Origin: Lama guanicoe
Lineage: Eukaryota
Length of the DNA: 64,000 nucleotides
Reading direction: 5' to 3'
NCBI GenBank assembly: GCA_013239625.1
Contig: MU054323.1
Location: 12,283,694 to 12,347,693, forward strand
Position numbers and translations under genes: made by a program. The notes beneath the pieces were generated by a model. That model ran no database searches. It saw nothing but the letters and a program-made list of their open reading frames with translations, and was not told the DNA's origin. Each line of letters begins with the position of its first letter. Position 1 is the stretch's first letter. Below, piece after piece: positions 52,173-64,000 of this stretch.

Positions 52173-53020
52173 CAGCAGTTGTTAAAGTGTGAACTGTAGA
52201 CTCCTCAAGATCCTTTCAAGGAGAACACAAAATCAAAACTATTTTCATAATAATACAAAGAAGTTATTTGCCTTTTCACTGTGTTGACATTTGCACTCAC
52301 AGTACAAAAGTGAGGCTGGCTAAACTGCTGGCACATTAGAACTACGATCAAGGTAATAGAATCAAAATGTACTAGCAGTCATGTACTCTTAACCTTCACC
52401 CACGCCAAGTTTTTTTTAAAAGCCAGTTCCACTTAATTTCATTAAATCCTGAATTTTGAGTACAGTTTTATAGAAACATTCTGTATGACAAAATGCATTC
52501 AGTTTGTGGTGATAAATGCATAAAGTATTTCTGCTGCATAGAGTAGTACATCTCAAGGAAAAATCCTCTGTGACTTCGAGCTGTGAGCTAAACTAGACGT
52601 TTGTTCCATGGAACATAATTTTTACTTCAAAAATATGACTGTATACAAATTGTGGTTATTCCAATTTAAGTATTTGGCAGAAAATTTCTAGAAAAATGAA
52701 CAAAATGAGCCTGACACTTCAAAGAAAACATCTGAAGTATTTGTTGCCAATGATAAAACTGAAACTTTTAAGGGAAAACAAGACTTCTGCAAAACTTCTA
52801 TCACTGTGAGACTGACAGCTTTCCAATAGTTAAACATTTTTTTGATAAAACTGATGAAATTGATGGTAATATTAACAAATGTGATTTCTGACATCCTATG
52901 ATGAAATGTCAACATTTGAAAGAAATGCATAACTACTGAACAAATATTTTCCAAATAGTCCCTGAGATGTTACAAAATCATGCAAAGGTAAAATATTCAT
53001 TCAAAGTACAACAGAGTACA
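52173..53020. mobile_element. Charlie1-like hAT transposon remnant
   Basis: 'caaaactattttcataataatac...ttttcactgtgttgacatttgcact'. Confidence 0.7.
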
Positions 53021-53538
53021 AAAGATGATCCTGGTTAACATGTGGAGAATGGGAAAGTAAAACTGGATGCTAGTGGTGTAGAATTTAATGTTCTCTCTTG
53101 GACTGTTATTTTTTCTCTATACTTACCATTCTCAAAGAGATATTGTCTCTATTTTCTCAAACAACTCTATAGACACTGAAAATCTCAGAGAGGGCCACTT
53201 TCAAGAGACTACAACTATGACTGCCTGATTATTTTTAACACTGAGACCTTGAAATTTGTCTATTCAGAATTCAATTATTATATATTCTTACTACAAAAAT
53301 AAGGTGACCACATCAGCATTCATCATTTGCCTTTCTTTTTACTGATCTCCTTTATAATCACCTTCTTAGTCCTTGACTCTCTTCCCTTTTTATTATTTCA
53401 TTCACACTGTCCATCAACTTTTTAAACACACAAGTTCCAATACAGGCTCTTTATTTTTATATATATATCCTTATGCTAAATTTAATTTGGGGGTACCCTT
53501 TCAGCACATAACATTATCAATAAAAACTCTCCAAAATA

Positions 53539-54875
53539 TTGGGAAAACTGGACAGCTGCATATAAATCAATGAAGTTAGAACACTCCCTCACTCCATACA
53601 CAAAAATAAACTCAAAATGGCTTAAAGACTTATATTTAAGACAAGACATGATAGACCTCCTAGAAGAAAACAAACAAAACATTCTCTGGCATAAATCTTG
53701 GCAATGTTCTCCTAGGGCAGTCTACCCAGGCAATAGAAATAAAAGCAAAAATAAACAAATGGGACCTAATTAAACTTACAAGCTTTTGCACAACAAAGGA
53801 AACTATAAGCAAAACAAAAAGACAACCTACAGAATGGGAGAAAATATTTGCAAAAGATGAGACTGACAAGGGCTTAATCTCCAGAATATATAAACAGCTC
53901 ATACAACTTAATAAGAAAGAAACAAACAACACAATCCAAAAATGGGCAGAAGACCTAAACAAGCAATTCTCCAGTGAAGACACACAGACAGCCAACAGGC
54001 ACATGAAAAAATGCTCAATATCACTAATTATCAGAGAAATGTAAATCAAAACTACCATGAGGTACCACCTCACACAAGTCAGAATGGCCATCGTTCAAAA
54101 GTCCACAAATGATAAATGCTGGAGAGGGTGTGGCGAGAAGGGAACCCTTATACACTGCTAGTGGGAATATAGTTTGGTGCAGCCATTATGGAAAACAGCT
54201 TGGAGATTCCTCAAAAACCTAAAAATAGACTTACCATATTCCAGCAATCCCACTCCTGAGCATATATCCAGAGGCAACCTTAATTCAAGAAGACACATGC
54301 ACCCCAATGTTCATAGCAGCACTATTTACAAAAGCCAAGACATGGAAACAAGCTAAATGTCCATTGACAGATGACTGGATAAAGAAACTGATACATTTAT
54401 ACAATAGAATACTACTCAGCCATAAAAAAATAATAAAATAATGCCATTTGCAGCAACATGGATGTACTTGGAGACTGTCATTCTAAGTGAAGTAAGCCAG
54501 AAAGAGAAAGAAAAATACCATATAATATCACTTATATGTGGGATCTAAAAAAAGAGAAAAACTTCTTTATAAAACAGAAACAGACCCACAGATATAGAAA
54601 CAAACTTATGGTTACCAGAGCAGGGTGGGGGGATGGATAAATTGGGAGTTCAAGACTTGTAGATACTAACTAATACACATAAAAGAGATAAACAACAAGC
54701 TTCTACTGTAGAGCACAGGGAACTATATTCAATATCTTATAATAACTTATGGTGAAAAAGAATACAAAAACAAATTTACGTATGTTCCTATATGACTGAA
54801 GTATTGTGCTGTACATCAGAAATTGACACAATGTAAACTGACTATACTTCAATAAAAATACATTTTTAAAAATTA
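53539..54875 (+). mobile_element. Young 5'-truncated L1 (ORF2 C-terminus plus 3'UTR)
   Basis: ORF2 peptides (53570.., 54174..) with frameshifts; 3'UTR matches the other young L1 copies in the window. Confidence 0.9.
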
Positions 54876-55545
54876 TGCAAAATAGAAAAAGGCTTGGAAA
54901 AGACTGTCATATCAACTAGCCTAGACTATAGCCGGTTTTATAGGTCCAGGATCAAATAAGGGAAGATTCTGAAAACCTTTACAATCTAATTTCTGTTTGC
55001 TGTGATTGATAAAATAAGTTCAAATTATACATTAAATACGTACTAAGAAATATTTGTTAAAGATGCTCCTCAAAACACCATAAAGGAAGCAGGGCCAACC
55101 AAAACCTCATTGATCTGGCAACATTATCATTTTGTTTATATTACAAAACTTACTAAAAATAATTTCAACAAAGGTATGATAAAAAGTACAAAGCACACTT
55201 CATAAAAACAAAAGAGCAGATTTTTAGTTTTAACAATTTGAACTAATTAATTGCTCAAAGGCAAAGGAGTAGGCTGTGAGTGAGATTTTATTTATAAACT
55301 CTTGGCTGTCATGAGTTACTTCTGAAACGATTATGCTTTATCTGTACTAGTATAGGTCAAAAATAATTCACGTACCTTATCCTGTCAATGAGAAATTATT
55401 CTTAATTCATTAACCACAACTTAACAAGTACAATAAAGAACTTTCAGTTACAAAGTGATTAAAATAGAACAAAGAGCTTTGCTTTTTTCTTAACAATGCT
55501 CATCTCCAGGTTTTCAAAGAAAGTTTTAAAAACCAAAATATTAGT

Positions 55546-56465
55546 GTTCCTGGACCCAGTTCCACTGTGTGGTTCACACGGGTTGGGGGCCCACACCTCC
55601 AACAAGCAATTCTCGTACACCAGGAGGGTGACCAAGAATTCTACTAAATTCTGACACTTATCTACCTGGAGATAGCATCCAATACCACAGGTTAAGGGTT
55701 CAATCTTCTCCCATCCCCCACTTCAGATGCCAGTCCCAAGCCCAGGCTGTCACCCGTACTTCTGATCAACTAGTTACAGATTGGAGATCCATCAATCTCC
55801 TCTTTGAATTTCAATTCAGATGCCAATTGCAAAGTCCAAGTTGTTACTCGTACTTCTAACAGACTGGTTTCCATGACCCCCTCCTTGGGTTCAATTAATT
55901 TGACAGAAATTTGCTAATTTTGGCTCACAAAACTCAGAAAAACATTTTACTTACTAGATCACCATTTTATTATAAAAAGATGTAACTTAGCAACAACTAG
56001 ATGGAAGAGATGCAGGTAGGGCAAGATAAGGGGAAAGGACCAGTATCTTCCATACCCTCTCCAGGTGGGCCACTCTCCCCAAATCTTCACATATTCACCA
56101 ACCTAGAAGCTCTCCAAATGCTATCCTTTTGGGGTTTTATTGGGGTTTCATTACATAGTACTTATGGCACTGATTCAACTTTCAGGTCCTCTCCCCTCCC
56201 ACTGAGAAGGTCGGGGAGTGGGAATAAATTCCAACCCTCTAATCACAAACTTAGTTATCCTGGCAACCAGCCCCCATCCTTAGGTGGAGTCCAAAAGTCA
56301 CTCAGTAACATAAGAGACACCTTCATCAATCTCACCACTCAGGAAATTTCAAGAGTTTGGGGAGCTGTGAGCCAGGAACTGTGGAAGAAGCTCAAATATG
56401 TATGTGAAATACATTTTGGTCATCTAAATGACCAAAAAATATTTCTTATAAATGACAATACTGCA
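55546..56465. mobile_element. MER21-like ERVL LTR
   Basis: 'tctacctggagatagcatc...cacaggttaaggg', 'cttcagatgccagtc', 'caggaaatttcaagagtttggggagctgtg'. Confidence 0.75.
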
Positions 56466-56713
56466 TTAACCTCCTAACAATTCCAGAACTAAACATTTTA
56501 GTGAAAAAGGGGAAGATAAAAACTAATTGTTCCAACAATGAAAAACAGCATTAAAGCTTCTCATAATCCATATAAGGTAAAGTCAATTCATAATGAAATT
56601 GAGTATATAACAGTAAGTATGTAAAGACAAACTGCTTGAGTGCCAAAGCAATGATGATATAACTCCCAAACTTCTCCCACCTGGTCAAAACGGTATCTGA
56701 CTATGTTACTTAC

Positions 56714-56782
56714 GTAATAGATGGATCCACTTGTTTGTAAGCATGAGCAGCACAAGACCCACAGTATGTATATCCTGCATGG
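56714..56782 (-). CDS. MEMO1: MEMO1 coding exon, 69 nt (first in window): (P)[22 protein letters not shown](T)
   Basis: Acceptor ttttgttttgtag, donor AC|gtaagt. Manual translation matches MEMO1 as recalled; phase 2-2. Confidence 0.96.
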
Positions 56783-57431
56783 CTACAAAACAAAACAAAA
56801 TGTGTAACTTAATCATCAGACTCAAAATCAAGTTATTCTGGGGAAAAAAATCTCTTGAAAGAAATACAATAATTACGGTTAACATAACAAAGTGTGTGTA
56901 TAGATTAAAAAGCAATCTAGCTAATGATGCAACTTTCTAGAAGATAACAGGGAACATATTATTCTTCTGTGTTCCAGTTTTAAATGTTAAAATGTATTTT
57001 GTGATTTTTTTTGGTCTAAAGGATAATTAGATTTGTTGGAGATATTCAAGGCTTACTTGAAGCTGCCAATGTAACACTAATAACATGTGCATTTTTAACC
57101 TTCCTCTTCAATACCATTAACGAACTATCATCTACACAAAATGGTAAGATTAGAGCAAGTCACAGCAAAACAAATATCCTACAACTAACAACTCACTTCC
57201 CTTTGTGTCTTCAGTGGGAAGAGAACTGTCTTGGCCTTCTGTGTATTATTATGCCTTTCATTTGATCTCCCTACTATTCATCCCATCCTTCTCATCCTCT
57301 GATTTCAGCATTAAATTGGTTCTCTGATCACCCACACAGTGACTTTGTTTCAGAGCCTCATTTTTCTTTCTTCACTCAAGTTACATGAATCTAGAAACAT
57401 TTACCTTCACCATTTACAATTTAGTGTATGG

Positions 57432-57965
57432 CCAGTAGTAGACTGGTAACTGTTTAACAATTGGCTTTGCAGGAAAAAAATGTATATGTACACGTATGTA
57501 CATAAACTTATTTTAAATTTTACTAAAATAAAAAGATATGTATCATACATTTGCAAACAATAAAAAATATAAACTCTTCATTGCAAATTCCACATAGGCA
57601 ACCAATTGTCCCAGAATGATTTCACTGATTTTAGCTGAACTCTTTTACCCATAGCCTTGTGATAGTTGCAAATGACAAGAGTGAAACAATTTCACTCATT
57701 CAACAACTTGAATGATTTCTTTGCTTGGTAGACAATAGTTCTTCCAATACTGGAAAGTATATTTCCTTCCTCACTTTTTTGTGCTATTCACAATATAAAG
57801 GCTACAGACACAACACAATTTTAAGTTTAATCTGCGTTATTTACTTTTCCCCATTACTTTTCTTTAGCACTGACAATCAACAAAAAATAAAGCCCTGATT
57901 TGTAGCAATCTGCCTGTTAATATGGAGTAAATCATTCTCATCATGGCCAATTTCAAGATGCACAG
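57432..57965. mobile_element. MER63-like hAT remnant
   Basis: 'ccagtagtagactggtaactgtttaacaa...ggccaatttcaag'. Confidence 0.6.
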
Positions 57966-57969
57966 TAAA

Positions 57970-59140
57970 CTGAAAAAGACAAAACACGACTGGGAGAAAA
58001 TATTTGTAAAGCATATATGTGATAAAGGATTTATATTTGAATATATAAAGAAAAAGCATATATCTGATAAAAGATTCATAGCTTAATATGTAAAGATATT
58101 TCAAAACAACCTAATACTTCTTTAAAAAAATAGGTAACTATTTTACAAGACAAAGAGTTCTGAAGGTTGGTTGCACAACAATGTGAATGCATTTAACACT
58201 ATCATATAAATGGTTAAAAATGGTTAAGATGGTAAATTTTATGTTACATGTCTCTTAACAGAATTTTTTTAAAAGTTTTAAATAGGAGAAGATGTTAACA
58301 GATATTTTCACCAAAGAATACACTGGAATGGCAAAAAGCACACAGAAGGCTCTACATCTGTTAGTCATTAAAGAAGACAGGCAAATTAAAACTACAATGA
58401 GTTACCACTAAACACTCACTAGAATAAGCTAAAATTAAAATGAGTGACCATACCAAGTGCAGCAAGGATATAGAACTGAAACTCAATCTGTACTTGCGGA
58501 AATGTGAAACGGTACAACTACTCTGGAAAACAGTTTGGCAATTTCTTAAAAAGCTAAACAAACTTCTGCCATATAACTCCTGCCAGCTATCCTACTCCTG
58601 GAAAAAAAAAATTAAGCATTATGTCCACACAAAGATTTGTACACAAATATTCACCCCAGTTTTGTTTGCAATATACACAAAAACTAGCTAAATATCCCTC
58701 AGAAGGTCAATGGATAAACAAACTGAGGTATATCCATACAAAAGAAAATTCTTCAGCAATAGAAAGGAATAAACTACTGACACACTCAAAATAATTTTGC
58801 TTAAAAAGTGGTAAAAATAAAAAATAAATACGCTGAGTGAGAGAAGCCAGACAAAAAGGGTTCATACTGTGTGATTCCATTTTAAAAACTCTAGAAAATA
58901 AAAACTACTCTAGTGACAGAAAGTAAATCAGTGGACCTGAGAGGGTGGAGGAGGGGCAGAGAGGAACACAGGGAAGAATTACAAAAGGACACAAGGAAAC
59001 TTCTGAAGATGATAAATATGTTCATTATCTTAATTGTAGTAATGATTTAACAGGTATATACATATTTCAAATTTATCAAATTGTACACTTTATACACAGC
59101 TGAATGTTAATCATACCACAATAAAGCTCTATTTTTAAAA
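57970..59140 (+). mobile_element. Old L1 3' region
   Basis: ORF2-end motifs 'ctctggaaaacagtttggcaatttctt' followed by 3'UTR. Confidence 0.75.
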
Positions 59141-60454
59141 TGGTACTCATCTGAACTAACTTAAGATATGAATACAGAAAAAGAGATTCACGTAAGTCAG
59201 TCACAGCCATACAAGATAGTGGTGTGCTTAATCAGGGGTAGAGCAATATGGGTCATATACTAAGTACACTGAAATCACCAAAGGCTTTAATGGTCAGATC
59301 AATGATGGTCCCTCCATCCTTACACTACACCTCTGGCAAGGTAGCCTATCAAGTTGCCTCAATATAGCAATATTCGCACAATCCAGTTCTAATCTTAATC
59401 ATAAGGAAATTTAAGCTGTTCTATGGCTCAGTACATTCAGTTTTGCTGTCATCCTGTACAGATCTTGATACTCTAGCCTAACCAGGGGCTCTATTTTATC
59501 CAGTTATGTCCCCAGTCTTCCAATGCCCAAGACTCCATCTGACTGCTTCAGATTCCTAAAACCTATTTTTTACATATGATCTTAATATTACTTGGCTCCC
59601 CTATCTCAATTCAGAAATACATTATCTTGCCTGGCCATGTGGACCTTAAAAACCATCTGATCCATCTGGATCTTCCCTGGTCTGTCTCAAACCTGAATGA
59701 CACCTCAGATTTTCGATATCATTTTGCTCTCAGTTGTCATTCATTTCACATCCCTCCCACTTTTCAATCTTTACCTTAAAACTGGTCCTTCATCTTAGAT
59801 TTGCTTTTCAGACCTTAGTTCCTATTTGCCCTTCTTCAATTTAATGGCCCTGAACCCCAGTATATACTCTGATCTGTAAATCAACCTGTCTTTCTAGTCT
59901 GAGTCTCTCTCAGTTTTACCAATGCTCTTCTTACCCAAGCTCAGTTCTTACATGCCATAGAGGCTTCTTAGAAACACTGGATTCTTGAAGTATGGATACA
60001 ACAGAAATATAAAAAGTAGAAGGGTAAAGGCAGAAAGGAAGGGCATAAAGGTTGAAAGAAGAATATGAGCAAATGTCCAAGTATATGATGTAGATGAGAA
60101 AATACGACACTAGCCTGAGTGGAATAAGAGAGTAATGCTAATTAAGCCAGGGTCGGACAGAGGAATTTGGGCTTGATAAAACAACTGAAAATCTGCTGTA
60201 TGCTCTTGAGCAAGGGAGTGACAGTATGAAACTGGAATTAGTCTAGTACTGAAAAACACAAGCACAAAGGATGTATTAGAGGCAGCAGGTGTTAAGTGAA
60301 AGTCTCTAGCAAATTGTGGCATGAGGTAGTAACATCACAGTCTAGAACAGTGTCAGTGCCAGTGGAAAAAGAGAAATCAATGGTCTAGGGTCTAAAAAGA
60401 AAAACTGACATATCTTAGTGACCAAGCATTAAGAAGAGGAAGAGGACAGTTATG

Positions 60455-60690
60455 ATAGTGGTGACAACTAACATTTCTGAGTGCTTACTGCATGTCAGGC
60501 ACTCTTCTACAAAAACGCAAAGCATTACTCATTGACAACTCTATGAGATAGGAATTATTATTTTTCTCATTTTATAGATGAAAAAACTAAAGGAGAAAGG
60601 TTAACACACGTGCTCAAGGTCAAATAGTGGCACTCCAGGACTTAAAAGCCAGGCAGCAGAGCTCCAAGACCCACTCTTAACCACCGTTAG
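60455..60690 (-). mobile_element. MIR SINE
   Basis: 'gagtgcttactgcatgtcaggcact...cattttatagatgaaaaaact'. Confidence 0.7.
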
Positions 60691-60845
60691 AGACCTTCAC
60701 ATCTCTGAAGGAAGAACAGAAGGAGTCAAGAGTCCACAAAGCAGGAAAAGCAACAAGCCTGACAATTGGAAGACTACTTAAGAATCATGTATCCTACTGG
60801 TAAGACTATAAGGAAGGATGATAATTTTTAAAACACAATTAACTA

Positions 60846-61027
60846 GGGTGGGCAGGGTATACAGCTCAAGTGGTAGAGCACGAGCTTAGCATACGTGTGA
60901 GGTTCTGGGTTCAATCCCCAGTACCTTCCCTAAGCATGAATGAATGAATGATTGAATGAATAAATAAATAAATAAACAAACCGAATTCCCTCCCCCAACA
61001 AAACAAACAAAGACAAAAACAATACCC
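60846..61027 (+). mobile_element. tRNA-derived SINE with (TGAA)n(TAAA)n tail
   Basis: A and B boxes (ggttcaatccc); TSD cacaattaact (60834-60844, 61028-61038). Confidence 0.88.
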
Positions 61028-63267
61028 CACAATTAACTGAGGTCAACTTGTTTTCTAATAGAACCCAGATTTCTTGGTTTCAGTCCTTTCTGAAGCTGAA
61101 GGCTTAAAAGTCTACTTGAAGTAAAGACAAAATAGTTGTAATAAGAGATGAATAGTCTTCACTTGGACAGAGGATATAGCACAGAGTATCTTTTTTTAAA
61201 AATCATTAAGTATACCATCCCTCTTAACTCCCATCATGAAGAACTCTACTTAATGAAAGGACCAAGATAATCGTCAAAGAAGAGAATTTCTAATACTTTC
61301 TTTTATCCTGGCCTATATATATGGTAATGACAAAGTCATAGTAATTATCATCAAATCTCATCAATGATCCTCTGTTCCTATACCCTTTTCTTGCTAAGAA
61401 AATATATGATTCTACATGTATGTGGAAACAGCTTCCATTAAGGAGTCATTCATAATAAAAGAGGCTTCATTAAGGGAACAAATAAGTTTTCTTTTGTGCA
61501 TAAATCAGAAAAGCAATGAAACTTCGAGCTCTACAGATATCTGAAAATGCATTATAAAAGTGTGTCCAAATCAATCTTTTAAAAGTTCTTAAAATACTTA
61601 ATAAAGTCATCCTTGCTAGCTGTTCCAGGTCACTCTGGTTCCCAATATAACTTCTCATGAAAACAAAATAAAATTATACTTTAATATCTATAATTTTTCA
61701 TTAGGTTAAAACCATGCCTCTTAAGGCTGATACTTCTTTTAACATGGAGTACTTTTGCTTCAGCCCTTACTCCTACACAGCAGATCCTTTACATCAGCAA
61801 GTCCAGCTCCTAACCTACCAGAATTTCTGTGTCCCTCAAGAGCTGCAATTAAATGAGGATACAAGGCCACTGTCCAAAATCACTCACTGGTTAAGTGACA
61901 GTTTTCCATACAGTAGTGTGGTGTAATTTAAATTCCTATGTCAGGAAAAACACCAGTCACTATGTGACATGGACTTTCACTTGTTCATTCTGAGACCTTC
62001 AAGGCTGCAGGTAAATAGTATCAACTGTGAATACCAAGAATCTACCACACATTCTACAAAAGGCTTTTCATCAGAGGATACAGGGACTAATAAAAGAACA
62101 CTTAACTTGAATTCAACAAAGTCAGGTTCTCTAAGTCCTACTTCTACTTAATAGCAGCAAAAATGCAAAATAAAAAGACTGGACTAGATAAAATGAGAAG
62201 GTTAGATGAAATGAGATCTCCTTCAATAATAAGAAAAGTTTGTAACCTAAAGTTGATTCGATCTACAAAGCTAGAAACTAACTTTAAAAACAACTGTGAA
62301 TATACAGGACCAACCTGAATGACAACTGCCCCCTACTGTTTGCAGAAGCAGCAATCTCCATATAGACTCTGTCAATTTTATTTTGCTGCACCTACCCTTT
62401 TAAACTTTTCTTTCAACGATACTGTTCGATGCCCCCTCAAGATTCCTACTTCAATAAAAAATATTAGCAGATGATTATATCAAAAAGTCCAGGTTTTTTT
62501 TACAAAATGGAATCTCACAAAAAAGTCAACAATATTATGAGCTAAAAAGTCAAATAAAAGAAAATAACTGCATTTATAAATTGCTAAATTTTATTCAATG
62601 ATTTCCAACTTCAGAATCATACATTTTAAATTCTAAATATTGAGTTAATAAAATGAAAAATAAAAGTAGTAGAAAGTGAGCCATTAAGTACTTTGATTTT
62701 GCCTTCTATAAAATTATAGTTAAATCATAATTCACAAGTTTCAACAGTGCTCAATAAAGAACGTTTAGAGAAAAACAAAAGTTAAGTAAGAATAAACTAA
62801 CCACACTGTTGCATATCAAGTTTTTTTTTTACTGCTAGAATATACAGGATTTGAGATATTGCCGTGAATAACCTACTGTTTAATATAGACAAGGATGAGA
62901 AATAAGTAGCACATCTCCAGTAACTTAAATTAACTACATAATTTATGAAGATTCATTGTCTTGTGATATGCACTGGTAGAGCTCTGCAGGAATGCTTCAC
63001 TATATACAAACTGACTTTCTATATAAATGTTTCTTAGCTTTTAAATTTTTTTAACTAGTTTTTGTATTAAAAGTAACACATGCACACAGTAAAAAAGTCA
63101 AACAATAAAAAAGGATACACAATAAAAAGTGAAAGTATCCTTATTCCATACTATGTCTAAGAGATTAACCACTAACAAATTAGACTCTATTTCAAATGTA
63201 TGAATGGGGGGTGAGGGGGTTGCTTCAGTATTCATAGTCTGTGCTTTATAATAAAAAAGTAACTTTG

Positions 63268-63403
63268 GGAGTACATATAGCTCAGTGACAGAGCGCATAC
63301 TTAGCCTGCACAAGGTCCTGGGTTTAATCTCTAGTACCTTCATTAAAACAAAAACAAAAACAAAAACAAAAACAAAAACAAAAACAAAAACAAAAACAAA
63401 AAA
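63268..63403 (+). mobile_element. tRNA-derived SINE with (CAAAAA)n tail
   Basis: A box tagctcagtg, 'aaggtcctgggtttaatc'; TSD aactttg. Confidence 0.85.
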
Positions 63404-64000
63404 AACTTTGTCATGTAAATTAAGCCCCCTCCACAATTAACTGTTTATATTTTTATATTTAATAAGAGGTTTCTTAAGTGATGCACACCTGTACAGCTCC
63501 ATTCTAAGGTTTGCTGAGAAATTCCTGAATACTGCAAGGTAAACAACAATTTTGGCATCAAGGTGTCTGGCAATCATGGTAGGAAGGCTTTTGGAACTCC
63601 TAGTTCATAAGATCATTTCAGTTTATATCCCTGGGCCACATACTATCTCCTGTGCCTCAAGGAAAGTAAGGTAATTCTAAATTCAACCAAAGGATATGTT
63701 TTAGTCAAGTTCAATTCTTTTCAATCCCTCCCCCAAATGTGACTGTTTAGAATTAAGATTGATCAAACAGTTGGTTTATGGGTCAATATTTATTCTTTAA
63801 TGAAATTACTCTATTTAATCTACATCAGTATTAAAAAAAAAAAGAGCAATCTGTTTAAGCATTTTCAAAAGTATGCTATCTAGGTTCTAATTTTTTTTTA
63901 AGTTTCCCTAATATGCTTTATTCCTGTGAAGGCAGAATCTAAGAAAAGGTGGTCCCAATGAGCTAGAATTTATAAAACTTAAAGTATATTTTTTATTTGA

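Noticed and set aside
56001..56477. Longest ORF in the window (158 aa, + strand)
   Set aside because: It lies within the MER21-like LTR and has no recognisable protein features.
63098..63436. 112-aa ORF with a VFVF repeat
   Set aside because: It is the antisense reading of a SINE (CAAAAA)n tail.

Overview
AT-rich mammalian genomic DNA, probably camelid judging by the short tRNA-derived SINEs and young L1 3' ends (inferred from recall, not searched). It holds the 3' part of MEMO1 on the minus strand. Seven GT-AG coding exons (69, 113, 112, 143, 77, 105 and 132 nt) splice in frame to give about residues 48-297 and end at TGA 7615-7617, followed by a 3'UTR with three AATAAA signals. The 5' coding exons lie beyond the right edge. 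The rest is intron and flank filled with L1, L2, MIR, tRNA-SINE, MaLR/ERVL LTR and hAT/Tigger fossils; repeat boundaries are approximate unless a TSD is given. The most interesting unexplained feature is a 345-bp intronic element (21452-21796) with about 55-bp inverted arms. Each arm carries splice signals, so the element defines a 300-nt exon on either strand, and in MEMO1 sense that exon would be a poison exon whose own ends can base-pair. Other candidates are a poison exon plus in-frame 27-nt microexon pair (50834-51077) and a TSD-flanked retro-insertion of a GC-rich, CpG-island-like fragment (39171-39331).
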